From the NCBI RefSeq assembly GCF_002113885.1, contig NW_018408566.1, forward strand, positions 511,945 to 575,944: a stretch of 64,000 bases of DNA. The letters run 5' to 3'. Below, in pieces: positions 27,101 through 39,640 of the stretch. The position numbers were made by a program, and so were the translations under genes. Origin of the DNA: Mizuhopecten yessoensis (Eukaryota). Positions within the stretch are counted from its first letter, which is position 1. The number at the start of each line of letters is the position of its first letter. The notes below the pieces were generated by a model. The model saw only the letters and a program-made list of their open reading frames with translations, searched no databases and was not told the origin of the DNA.

Positions 27101-29477
27101 TTCATCGAGGATTTGACATTTATCATAACACTACTGGAATACACCTGATAGCTAACAGGTATATGGCAAAAGGTAAGACTGCTCGGTTTACATTTTATCT
27201 GCGTGTACAGTACGTATGTGTGTATGACCGTATATCAATAATGTGTGAATTACAAAGCACACGCTGTTCCAGGGTAGTATCTGCAGTAGAGTGTAACTAT
27301 AGTGTGTATCGTATTTTTCCATACTCTGCATGACACCAACCATGATGTTATCTGTCAAATAACTTAAATCTCCATTCTTTATGTACCAAAACTTAACAAA
27401 TATGTAGGTTTTTTTTATCTTGCTTACTGACTTAATGATGTTACGGTTTCAGACACAGAAAATTAAGGTGTGCTACTGGAAAGAGAAAACACCAGGCACT
27501 TTCAGTTCGCGACATTTCCCAGTATTTTCACAACTAAAAGCCATTGGTCCACATCTTGTATACGGCGTCCCGTGTGACGAGTATCCTGATTTGGTCAAGG
27601 TGAGATATGGACAGATCAACTCAGAGGCCTACTAATGATGTCATACATGGGTAACCCACTTGTCCTGTGATATAGTAATGCTATACTGTAACATGGTTTA
27701 CTGACATGACTAGGATGATTATAACATGAGAATGTGTCATATGACTATGGCAGCATCCTATTACCTGTTCGTTGATTTATCATGACACCACTTCCAGTGG
27801 GTAGAAGCTTTTTGCCACTACTGAATGAAAACTGTGTTGTTATCATTACGTCTGAGGTCACTCATCTTAAGGTTTTACTGATTTGTATGCTTATGCTAAT
27901 GTTTAAGCATATTCCTTGTACCGACTGGTAGCAGAAGGCTAACTATAGAATAATTATCTTATAGTCAATCTGCGGCTCCAATATTGCTTACTGGATATCT
28001 GATTTACTGTTATATTATCTGTGTTTTTAATTTATTATGAGTAATTCGATAAATGATAGATTGCCTTGAAAGTTGACAAATTTCACAGTCGGCATTGGCG
28101 CTATGTTCTTTGTGACTTATCATTCTTTGGTGATAAGTCACAAAGATGGAAGTGCTAGGAAGCTGCTCATAATATCTTATGTGTCTTTTCTGTATTTAGA
28201 CAATACTCAAAACGATGGTCCGTTTATCATTACCTATATATACATGTTACAACATACGTATACCAGGTATGTCTAGGACATGTAAAGCTAGGTATAAATT
28301 GCTGTTCAGCTTACGTATTATTATACAGTATGTATATATCTGGCAGGTATGTCTACACTACGGCCCAACTGTGGATCCGGACTATCGGGATACAGCTAAC
28401 GATCGCTGGGTGGAGGACGCCCTACAAAAATACGTAAAGGAACACATCCCCGGCCTTGAACCCTATCCTGTGATTACAGAGTCGTGTATATACACGGTAA
28501 ACACACTTAAACATACATAAAAACACAGAATCTGAGATTTCATCGGTCTTCAAAGTGATAAAACTTATTGAAACCTTTTTTAAGGAAGGATTCTGTTTAT
28601 CCAATACTTATGTTCATTTTCAGAATACCCCGGACGAAGACTTCGTGCTGGACCGTCACCCCTTTTATAACAATATCATCATAGGTGCTGGGTTTTCCGG
28701 TATGTTGATTGTATTTTGACTTGAATTATGTAATGTTATCTATTTACGCATATTAAGACATCAATTGTTCGAACAAAAACCAACGTGAAAAGTGAAAAAA
28801 ACAACACATAGGGAGATATTAGCTAGGTGGCATATGACTAGTAGTTAGCGCCTGATAAGGCAGCTCCTGCGAATTCCTCAAATTTGTATTGATTAATGTA
28901 TATGCTAATTGTATTGATTGTAAAAAGTTAATATTTATGTACTGTAAAGCGCTTTAGAGAGGCTTAGTTTAGCTAGATAGGGCGCTATATCAAATGTTGT
29001 ATATTATTATTAGTAGTAGTAGTACAGGACTGTGCATGACAAGCACTTCTAATGAGCATATGTTAAATATATTTGAACTGTCATACATGTATCAATGAAT
29101 TTGATCTGCTTAAAAGAGGATATACATTTAGGGATAGTTGTGAAAAATACAAAAGTATGCGCCAAAATAGCACACTGCTACTGTGCAAGATGATGTAGTA
29201 AAGTTAAATGAGATGTGACATTTGATATGATGAGTAAGGTTTATTGTGTGAGGTAGAGCATATCAGTTTAGTAGTCTATCTTATTCGAATCTACAGGATA
29301 ATTCAGATTTATGTGGAGCAAACGTCATTGATAATTCTCCGTTGCAATCTTTTAGGTCATGGTTTCAAGCTTGCTCCAGTGGTTGGAGAGATCCTAGCGA
29401 CAATGGCGGCTGGGAAGACTCCCGAACAAGATATGACCTACTTCTGCTTAAATCGTTTCAAAAAATCACATTTATAA
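24125..29477 (+). CDS. PIPOX: Peroxisomal sarcosine oxidase / L-pipecolate oxidase, copy A (intact, 8 exons, 385 aa)
   Basis: Exons 24125-24235, 24833-24984, 25335-25551, 26343-26525, 27453-27599, 28347-28496, 28624-28699 and 29356-29477 all have GT-AG introns and join in frame. Motifs: [12 protein letters not shown] (FAD Rossmann), [38 protein letters not shown] (Cys position of covalent FAD attachment in the MSOX/PIPOX family), [19 protein letters not shown], and C-terminal PTS1-like SHL. Confidence 0.95.
28900..29023 (+). mobile_element. L2-type 3' tail fragment in PIPOX A intron 7
   Basis: TGTAAAGCGCTTTA...TAGGGCGCTATATCAAATGTTGTATATTATTATT is nearly identical to the L2 end at 2840-2912. 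Confidence 0.7.
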
Positions 29478-30874
29478 TGTTAACGATATTTAAGGCAAAC
29501 GTACAATTATGTTATAAAAAATCAAATTATTCTATTTCATTTTCTATAAATCGTTGATAAATTTTAGAATTCTGTGGTAGATATTAGCCTTGGCTGAACA
29601 GATTTTATTATTATTTATTATTGATATTGACGGTTCGGATTATTGATAAAAACAGTTTATGAGATTTTGTCTTACAGTTATTTGTTCCTATAGACGTTAC
29701 CATGGCCTCATTGAATACTATTGTTATACATATTGCTGATTGGTACGTGAAAAACATAAATCTATTCATACAATGTACGAATGGATTTGTGATATCACTG
29801 CCCTGTAACTTTCTCATTGTTTCCATGGGGATCGTACAATGTATTTCAAATATGTAGTCAAGATGTCTATTTCTTTGCAAGATGTTTCGCCGCTGACAAC
29901 TTAACAAAAAAAACAAATCAGACCAGAATGAATTAAATTTAGGATTTGAGGAAAATCTGTACTTATTAACTCTTAACCACTCAAAAAGCAATATATATGG
30001 TTTAATAAATAATAACCTTAGCAGGGTTTTGAGACGATAGAATATCTTGCTTATGCTTATTTACTTATTTCGTTTTCTTGAATATTGTAGAAATTAATGG
30101 TTATACGTTGGCAATTCGTGAATAACCCATTGGAGTATAACCAATTAGACACTACATGTAAAACGAGGTAACTAGAGTTACTCAAAACCCACCGCAATGG
30201 TATATGCCAGATATATGTTGTCTCTCTTTGTTCGTTTGCCAATTGTCCTTACGTCAAACTCTCTGGTTCGCATACACAACAATATATAATAAGCTTCAAA
30301 TACCAATAGACAAATGCCCTACTGAATATACAATAACAGCCATATTTCCATGTTATTCCGGTTCTAACAATAACGGATATAACAAGTCTCCATTCCAATT
30401 TTGTTACTGTTGATAACGCTACTGGACACCAACTTAAATTTTCATAATAACATTTCATTCATAATTCATAAATTAGCCCTATGATTTCTTACCGCATTCT
30501 TGGTTTTTCGGGCTGCTCGATTATCTTGTTTTTCAAGGTTAAGCGTATTATAGACGAAGCTTTAAACTGTTTTCTCTTTAATCATACTGGAAAAGAGTTT
30601 CCGATGGATAATTAGATTTACATCAATTTTCTGGAAAAAGCTTGCTTGCTTTGCTTTGGTGAAAACCTCGTTGAAACAGCAGAAAATATTTGGTCTATGT
30701 GAGATAACGTAGAGGGACAGATACCTCAAGCAGGATTAAAGTCAAGTATCGACGTTGTCGACTTCATTCTGCGTGAATTTGTTTTCTCTGTGCGTATTAA
30801 CAGTTTACCAGCAATATAGTATTCTGTTCTAAAAGACGTTAAAATATCCAGACAAAACTTAAATACTTAAAAGT

Positions 30875-31197
30875 ACTAATTGTAATTGGGGCCATAAATG
30901 ATGTCCTCCAAACACCCCCGCAACTATGTTCGCAGTGCCAAAATACACACACATACCAAATTTGAGCAAACTCGACCAATATTTAATCACGACCAATCGA
31001 GGCCGTGGCGGCCATCTTTGTTTACCGATCGGAAATTGAAAGGTCATTTGCACATTCCGTTACCATGATGAGCACTTGTGTAAAGTTTCATTAATGTGTC
31101 GGAAACCTTTAACGGCGGAATAATAATAATCATTATAATAAGAAGAAATGGAGTAAAACCAATATGTTCCCCATTTCATTTGAGGGGACATAATTAA
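30875..31197 (+). mobile_element. Non-autonomous Helentron/pearl-like element
   Basis: Core with GGCGGCCATCTT, an (AAT)n microsatellite and a 3' stem-loop TGTTCCCC...GGGGACA followed by TAATT. Confidence 0.5.
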
Positions 31198-32721
31198 CAG
31201 CTTAAGAAATAAGGGCGTTGGAGAGTTAAACCCTTCAAAATATTCGGGACCACAAACTTTTACTCTAAAATATTTAAGCAATCATGTGGTATGATTCAAT
31301 CTATACCATTTTTTACGGAGGCGTTAATAACGCCTGCCGTCCTGAGATCACCTATCGGACGTGACGTCAGTAATTTCTTTCTAGCGGAAATACGGAATTT
31401 GCGATCCCTGGTGGTAACTTCTGTTACTGAAAATGCTAGGTAGACAACTTTGTATCACTTCGTTCATATAATATATGCAAGAAATACAAATATCATATAA
31501 TTCAAATATTCTGGTAATGTTGTTAACATTTCAGTTTACGCTGTTTTTTTAACTTTAAAATCTTTATGAACATTCATCAAATTATAAAAAGAAATACTGT
31601 TGGAAGGGAGACAACTTCGAGATAATAGTTACGGATGAGGACATCCGTTTTAACTTCAAGGAAACATCCTCACAACAGCCAAGCACAAATAAATTATCAC
31701 TTTTTTATCGGAAATGTTATTATGTATAATATGAACATGTGTATCATTTGATTATGTTCGAAGATTGGACTTTAAATCTTCTGTTGTAAACGACGCGCAA
31801 CAATCTGTTGGCTGTCGCGCACTTGTTTTCTCCATTCCGCAATAATGTATAATAATGTGTTTGGATCAGAGTGGGAATCAGACTGGTGGGGGGAGCTGGG
31901 GTTATAGTCAGCCTTCCTGGCGACAGTTCCAGTTGAAAATTATCAGAAGTTCCAGTGTTTGATAAGCGGGTAACTTTGATGGTTAGTAATTCTTAGTTTA
32001 GAAATAAGTACTTGCTCTTGAATGATATCAATAATCGTGTTGGCATCTATAATTGATTTATTTCAAATTTCTACTTTTACATTTCATTATTTTCCATGTC
32101 CAAATTTCTGACTAACGTCTCCTTGAGGGCTTACAGTACTTTGATTTTTTTTTTAACAGTTCTCTCAAAAGTGGAAAACAGCTGGTTGCCAGAAGCAAAA
32201 ACATACAACCATATTTAAAATGAATAAATAAAAAATCTCCGCCAGGAACTTTATAAAATGGACGTTGCAAAACATTGAAAAAGATTATCAAGAACCTAAT
32301 AATTTCCGGTGGAAAAAAAAAAACATTTCTCTGTAACCATCAAATCAATACGGGTTCTTCAAAGAGACATTGTTCTTTACATTCTGTAAATATCCAAAGC
32401 ATCATTTCGGAAGAAGACAATATTTTCAATTCACACGACTAAGTGTGTAATACACATGTGGCTAAAATGATCAAGATAGTAAATGGATCGATCGACAAGG
32501 TAAAACCCACAAAGGAGAATAAAACTGTTTGAGGTTTGTTTAGTGTAATATTATGTCCTGGACGACAATGATTTATGAGATGTAATGCGAATTTATTGTA
32601 CGCCGTAAACAATAGAAGGTTATTTGTTTTCTATCTTACTCTAATCCACAAGTTGTTTCCGATTGATCTGTTTCTTATATAAGAAAAACTTAATCGATGA
32701 CGTCTGCTAACACTTTATTGT

Positions 32722-32845
32722 GTCGTAGTTCAACGCTTACTCTAGTGGTAAGGGAGACCCTGCCGACAATAGCAACTGGAAGGATTCCCATACAAGACAC
32801 GACCTATTTCCGGTTAAATTGCGTTCAAACCTCGTCGATTTATAT
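32722..32845 (+). pseudogene. PIPOX: Decayed PIPOX exon 8 remnant
   Basis: Reads ...TLTLVVRETLPTIATGRIPIQDTTYFRLN, colinear with copy A exon 8 [29 protein letters not shown]. The GHGFK motif and acceptor are lost. Confidence 0.7.
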
Positions 32846-34497
32846 TTATTAAAGTATAAAGTTAGTTGTTTTGTGGCTTATTCAATGTTAATATTGACAG
32901 TTTTTATTAACAATATAACTGGTATATAACCGTTCCTACAGATCGTTGTAATGGACAGTTTTATCTTCACGGTATTGCTCATGTAATTATTGCTAATTCG
33001 TGTGTACTACTGTTGTACTTATTTGTATAATCAGTTTTTTCATAATATATATGTACAGTTTTGTTATTGCTTCTAGTGCGATTGTTAATTAGAACGTTCC
33101 TATCATAACTGTACCGTTGTTTCAGTGTCGTTATTTGAAAACATTGAACAACTAGACTTTTTAGCCACCAACACTGTTTGTAATAGGCTTTGATTGAGTT
33201 AGACAAACATGGTCAATATGCCTATTTCTGTTTAATATTTTCCGTTGACAACATTCAACAAAATATAAAGCCGATCAAATTGAACTGAATGTTAGAGTTT
33301 AAAGAGATAGGTGTTGGTTTGAGAGTGTACCAGTATCGTTCACTTACAGTAGTGCTATATAGGTTAACACGATTAATATGTGGTTTGTTTGTAGGTTTTC
33401 CCCCTAAAAGTTTTGTAATAACAAGATTCTAGTTAAACATTGGACATATTCACGAATGTTCCCTTGGATCCGTTGTTCGATTAGATTCTACAATGTACAA
33501 TTAGATATCTAGAAGTACTTAACTCCCCACCGAATTGATGAGGGGTTTTCAACCGGTTACTTTGTCTGGTTTTAGCAGCTATTGTCCAACGTGTTAAACT
33601 TGGATGTTATGGCTGTCTATAAGTGTACAACGTATCTCTTGTCCGACAGCTCAATCAAATCCTGGGGTAACAATAGGCAAAAGTTCAAATGAATATATAA
33701 TGTGGTGTTGGAAATTAAGCAAAATAGATTTGTTTCGTTTTGGCTTTATTTTCTTCCTGTCTACAATTTCAGCTAATAGTTTTAATAATTAATTGAGAAA
33801 CCCATCATTAATGTTATCGGATCCCATTTTAAAATCAACATTTAATGATTTCCCAAAATTAGCCATTTAGATAATGGACAATCAAGATATCAAGGGGGCT
33901 ATACAGAGATCGCCAACGTCTTGTTCCTGTAGAATGTTTCTTCTAGAGAATTATATATGCAAAGCAGAAACAGTAGTATTATCAGATAATTACATATGCC
34001 ACTCAAGGAAGGAAAACTGAAAAGGGTTAAATGACATTGTCTTTCTCGAAAACAAATTACACTTTCATTTGCATATCGCGTCTGTGTTTTTACAAATTTA
34101 AGTCTATGGCGGTAAATCATTTACTGTTAAATCTTGATAAACCCTTGTTCCACGTACCAAAGAATGTATTTTAATAGCAACAACAGGTGAACACTAAATA
34201 TCCGATCGGTATTTGAGATTAAAAATATCTGATCAACGAAATGGCAATGTTTTCATGGGTCCTAGAAATATTTCAAGTATAGCAAATATATTTTCCACTT
34301 TTCCACAAGAAGAAAAACATTAATATACATTTCGGCAAAACTTTAGTCATACCGATAAAAATAGATAGTTACATGTATCTCACCTTGGATATAAAAATAT
34401 AACATAGTATAAATACAAAAATTCATCCGTGGAGTTAATACATGTCGTTGTTTCACGGGAGTACGATTTTGGCTGTCAGATAAGTATATTGTTAAAT

Positions 34498-35037
34498 AGG
34501 AACGAGCATACTGAGTATAGCTAAAGCAATACATGTCCCCTACCGGACGCCGCTAGCTATTGCACTGTAACGATTTATAAAAATGGTGTCCTTTGGTGTC
34601 TAATTTGGATGTTATGGTCCTTTGTAATTGTGTGAAGTTTGATCAAAATAAGTAAAAAAGTAACGGTGACCTTGACCTTGACCCAACAACCCTGAAACTC
34701 AAACTTTTCCGAGATATTATGGCCTTTTGTAATTGTATGAAGTTTAATTAAAACCCCTCAGGGAATGAAGCCGCTAGAGCGCTGACAAGGGTTTTCTAAA
34801 AATAGTAACGGCGACCTTGACCTTAACCTAACACCCATGCAATTCGAACTTGTCCGCGATATTATGGTCCTTTGTATTTGTTTGAAGTTCCATTTCAATT
34901 CCTCAATGAATGAAGCCGCTAGAGCGCTGACAAACATTGGTGTTACGTACGGACGTACACAGACGGATGTACACAGACGGACAGAGAGGAAAACTATAGC
35001 CCCCCCCCCCCGGTTCCACCGGTAGGGGACTAATAAA
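34498..35037 (+). mobile_element. Non-autonomous Helentron (HINE/pearl-like) element
   Basis: Subterminal inverted repeat TCCCCTACCGG (about 34537) / CCGGTAGGGGA (about 35019), about 145-bp core tandem repeats containing GACCTTGACCTT, a GACG/GACA microsatellite and a 3' hairpin. Confidence 0.7.
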
Positions 35038-35093
35038 TTATAAGACAGAAGTTAACCTTTATTTAATTGAACTATCCCACCTAAAATTTATGT

Positions 35094-36649
35094 TTATAAC
35101 TTTGACGATTTGTTGAATCGGTCGATCCTAAAAGGCGACATATCATAAGAAGGTGTTTTGTCCATGACAAGTTCACACAATAACTTTCCAACCACCGGAG
35201 CCAGCTTGAATCCATGTCCTGCAATCAACAGAAAAAAACCTTCAGACATTGACATAGTTGATGTAGGGCAGTATGGAATTATCGATGTTTCAAGCAAGTA
35301 GTAGACAATTTCATACATCTAGCCTCTGTGACAGGTTGACGCAAGACCCACATATGATTGCACCTATGCAATTTGATAATGGATAATTTGGTAAACGAAT
35401 CACAGCATTAAACAGTATATGTCGTCCTTCTAGGACCTATTGGTGATGCTTGGGGCCAAAATGTTAGACATTTCAAATTCGGCCTTAACTACTGATTAAA
35501 CAGAAGAACACGTTAACTCCAGTTTCAACAAGGCTCAATTACAGGTTTCTTAGAAGCAGATTTCCTTAAGGCCTCTACAAGTCTACTATTATTTTGAGAT
35601 AGAGCTACTTACCAGAGAATCCAGCACCGATGACGACATTGTTCCATGCGGGGTGTCTATCAAGCACGTATCCGTGGTCTGGCGTCACCTGTGGACCGGA
35701 CATTAATCAGAGCAGGGGATTAGTCACGTGCTATATGTTCGAAATTAACTTTCAAATTGACGTAGCGTCAAGTCACGATATGATCAGGAGAGACTGTTTA
35801 CCGAATTTAAATTCTAAATTCATAATTATTAACTTCGAATTTTGTAAACACTATACTATACACTGAAATCAATTTAACATAACTCATAGAAATATATGTT
35901 AGGCCTGTGAACATCATGTAGAGTACATGTGTTCGCCTACAGCAAGAAAACAACATTGTACTAAATGAAACCATGTATACATAGCAAAGTGTGCCGATGC
36001 TTAAAACAACAAATTATATAATTGAATGTATCGTGGATTGTTATCTCCCAACCAGTAAGCGTTTAAGTATAAGGGAGAAGAATCTGTTTCGCTCACTAAG
36101 AAGTGGAAACTAGAGGGTCGATTACAACATAGGGCTCTGGCCCTATCCTCTTGGGGAGGAGGGTACACGGCTATGGATATCCGGTTTTTTTTTTTATACT
36201 ATAGAGAACTATTACTCGATAAAAACGGTGTAAGGAAGCATCTATTAAAATAGCAGTATATACAATAAAACCAAAGACGTAAACAAATTAGTGGCAACAA
36301 CGTTTTTCCGACGCTTACTTTTTGTCAAAAAGGGAAAGGCACCTATCCAGATTAGTTATTTATAACGTTAGATTTACGTTCTGTTGGCTTCAACACATAA
36401 TTTATTGCTTACCAACTAGATGAGTATTTCTCAGGTTTCTATCCTCATCTCTGTCACTAGGAGGAGGTAAATTGGTAAGTGCGCATGACATGTACGTACC
36501 GTATACATACAATATTCTGTAATAGCAGGACTCGGCTCTAACAGAGGGAAATTCTTCTCTACACATGCTTTCGTCTTCTCCAGGACCCAAGATGAGTCCA
36601 CGTCATCTCGTCTGTCGGGATCAGCTTCAACGCCGACGTGGCAACAGAA
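35094..36649 (-). CDS. PIPOX: PIPOX copy B exons 6-8
   Basis: Exon 6 36649-36500 (FCCHVG...[10 protein letters not shown], 150 nt), exon 7 35688-35613 ([25 protein letters not shown], 76 nt), exon 8 35218-35094 ([41 protein letters not shown]). Splice sites are canonical, exon 6 and 7 sizes equal those of copy A, and the protein ends in SKL. Confidence 0.9.
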
Positions 36650-37646
36650 CTAAGGATACGAATACAATCAGCGTCACACAATGTTTCTTCGAGGTCATTC
36701 AAACGAAAAAGATGGCATACTTATGTATTTTGACCTTTCAGAAAGACTCTCTCAAATGGCCATTTTCCTTTACTATCAAACATATAATATCAAATGTAAC
36801 GCGAACGCTCGTAATTGTCACAACTACATTGTACATGGACATACTATGTAAACACTTATTTTATTACAACTATGGTAATAGTTCTTAGCATTACAGTGTT
36901 ATCAGCTTAGTTATCCATCGATATTATTAGAAATGAACACAGTCCCCTGATACTGGACGTTTGTTGACCAATAGTATGTTTTTATACTGAACACACTGTG
37001 AATTCCAAACTTGCTTTTATGCCCCCATTTCACTAGGCTACGACAGGCGGCGTCGGTGTCGGTTAGCCACCATCCGACAGCATCCGACAGGAACGTAGAT
37101 TGACCGAATATCAACCAAGCACTGGCCGAAGGGTGACGTCGAGAAACCCCAACTGACGCAGAGTGACCGAGAGAACATTTTCTGACCCCGGCAAATTTTG
37201 AGCATGCATAAAAATCGGCTGCGACAGGCCAAGATAGCATTTTGACCGAGTACTAACCCTCATCAACCGAACTTCACCGCAAGGTGACGTAAGTCTAACC
37301 GAATAGCAACCCCCATCGACCTAACACAAACCCTGAGAAACCCTGCCTGTCCGAGTGTTTTATCAGACTCGGTCAACAGTGCGTTTCTCTGCGTTGGTGT
37401 TACGTCACAGTCGGTTGCTCTGAGTCGACATTCGGTCACATTCAGTCAGCAAACAATGTCAGGGACCGTCATGCACTGCCTGGCGGGGTTAGACATGGGT
37501 CGCCATTCGGTCATGCTGCGTCAGCCTGCGCCAGTGTTACGTCAATATTCGGTCAGCTTGGGTTGTAGTTTGGTCAATGTCGGTTGCTATAAATACGGGT
37601 GCGCCACATACGATTGGCTAGTGATACATTTGTTTTCCAACGCATC

Positions 37647-38198
37647 ATGCCACCAAAGAAATCAAGAAAAACGTTAAGACAGGCAATAAAGAAGACGAAG
37701 GGCAAAGCCGTGATGCAGCCCGGAGACACTCCAACAGGAGACGACGAGCACCAGGTAGAGGTCCAGCCAGTTGTTGAATGTGTGGGCCAGGTGATAACCA
37801 TCATTGGGCAAGGGAAGCATCCAAGAGGTCGTGGTCGTGGTGGAGGGAGCAGAGGGTGTGGACGTGGCAATAAAGATATTGTAGCCGAGGCCATGGAGGA
37901 GGCAGACGTTGGTGCTGAGAAGGAGGACGAGTGTTTTAATGGTGCAACTTCTTCAGAAGATGACACGGAGGTTCCAGCCCAGAAGAAAAAGAAGACCGAA
38001 GAGGTGGTGCTCACTCCCGAACAAGAGCAAGCCGTCTGTGACTGGCTCCGAGAGTTCCCACAAGTCTGGAACACGCGCCATGAAAGCTACAGGAAGACAC
38101 CTGAGAAGGACCTCTTGTGGGAAGAGCAGGGCCAGAAGATGGGGTTGACGGGCAGCCATCTCAAACAATGGTACAGGAGCACTAGGTCCAAGTTTGGT
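37647..38198 (+). CDS. Harbinger MADF/Myb-like DNA-binding protein, 3'-truncated
   Basis: MPPKKSRK... followed by a Trp-spaced trihelix DWLREFPQVWN...YRK...LLWEE...LKQWYRSTRSKFG. TATAAATA at 37588. Confidence 0.8.
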
Positions 38199-38744
38199 CC
38201 TCCTCTGGAACTGCAGGGCCACCTCTTTCCATTCATCGGGGGTGACGGGGCACTGGACCTCCTCTTCTGCAAATTCATCGATGATGGCCTGACAGACATC
38301 TGGCAGAAAGCTGGCGATGGTGTGTCTGGACACTCTGAAGCTGTACTGCAAACTTGGGTAGTTGTCCCCAGTAGCCAGGTGCCGGAGTACCACAGCCAAC
38401 TTCAGCCCTGGTTCCAGAGGTCGTCTGAACTTGGTGTCCTTCTTCTGGAGGCGAGGCGTCAGCCGGTTGAGCAGGAATTGGAACATGTCTGGAGGCATGC
38501 GCAGGTAGTTAGTAAACGACTGTACATCCTCGTTCCGGAGCTTGACCATAAGGTTGTTGTACTGGCCGGCTGAGACTCGCTCATCTTCTGTTAACCAGGT
38601 CCTCACCCAGAACCGCTTCTTGCTATATCTTCTTCGGGACCTTTGCCTCCTTCTTTCCTGCAGGACCTCGGCCTGGGCACGAACGTAGGCATGATGCTGA
38701 ACAATCAGATCAGCCTGGAAAAGTCCTAGTACTTGCTCATTCAT
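38199..38744 (-). CDS. Harbinger transposase (HARBI1-like), N-terminal half only
   Basis: RFWVRTWL, FTNYLRM..F..LL, KLAVVLRHLATG..Y..L..FRVS and EWKEVALQFQRR. It breaks off just before the expected catalytic GAIDGKH-type motif. Confidence 0.85.
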
Positions 38745-39539
38745 ACTGTCCCTGGACTGGACTAGATTGGACCACCCTAGGCCTGAAATCACACTATTTT
38801 AAATCAACGAAGATCGCAGCCATCAACATGTCTGACACTCTGTGACCCTCCATGGCGTAACATCGACGCAACTGCGTCGCACACTAACCCACATCGACGT
38901 ATTTCTGTCCTATGTGCATCCAAGTGCATCGCAACTCTGACACTCATCATCGCACCACCAACGCAGCTATTGCCGCACACCGACCGACATCGGCCCATTT
39001 TGACCGAATACTGACGTAACTCTGACCGATATGAATCGTAGATGTGCCATTTGTGTTCGAAAATGTTCGAAAATGCTCGAACAGTTTTGCGACAGCCCAA
39101 CATTTACTGACCGACCCTGATTGACACTGACGCAACGCAAGTGAAATGGGGGCATAATACTTATGTATTTCAAATTTTCAAAAAAAACGCTCTCCAACTG
39201 CCGTTTTTTATTTCTAATACAAACATATGACATTAAATTTAACTGTTACTTTCACAAAGTAAACAATACTTTTCAGACACTGCTATCAGGATATTTCCAC
39301 CTCGAGCGAAGATTCTGTAGCATTCTTACGCGTCGGTTGGGATTATGATGAATGACCTTACATCGCTCACACGATGTCGCGCAGTAACAGGTTACATAAT
39401 GTATTATGATCAGTTAGGTATGTACCTTGAACAGCCCCGGGTACTCCGCGATAAATGCAAACATCATCCAGTGGCATAAAAACTTTAATATGCAGCGACA
39501 TATTGTATGCCTGTTTTATTTACTATATTAATAACTCAT

Positions 39540-39640
39540 GATAGGGATACCATTGTTTATGTGTTGTAAAGCGCCTAAAAGTAATTTTACAATGTGTATA
39601 GGGGGCTTTACACATGTTGTAGATTGTTATTTATTATCAT
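39540..39640 (+). mobile_element. L2-type 3' tail fragment
   Basis: TGTTGTAAAGCGCCTAAAAGTAATTTTACAA...GGGGCTTTACACATGTTGTAG aligns with 2840-2905. Confidence 0.55.

Larger units (their letters stand above)
37020..39154. mobile_element. PIF/Harbinger DNA transposon, internally deleted, inserted in PIPOX copy B intron 5
   Basis: Perfect 15-bp TIRs TGCCCCCATTTCACT (37020-37034) / AGTGAAATGGGGGCA (39140-39154), flanked by TTA and TAA. GC-richer than the flanks, with two convergent genes. Confidence 0.92.

Noticed and set aside
38199-38573. C-terminal half of the 324-aa ORF as a genuine protein domain
   Set aside because: It is the antisense of the transposase, read through after the deletion junction.
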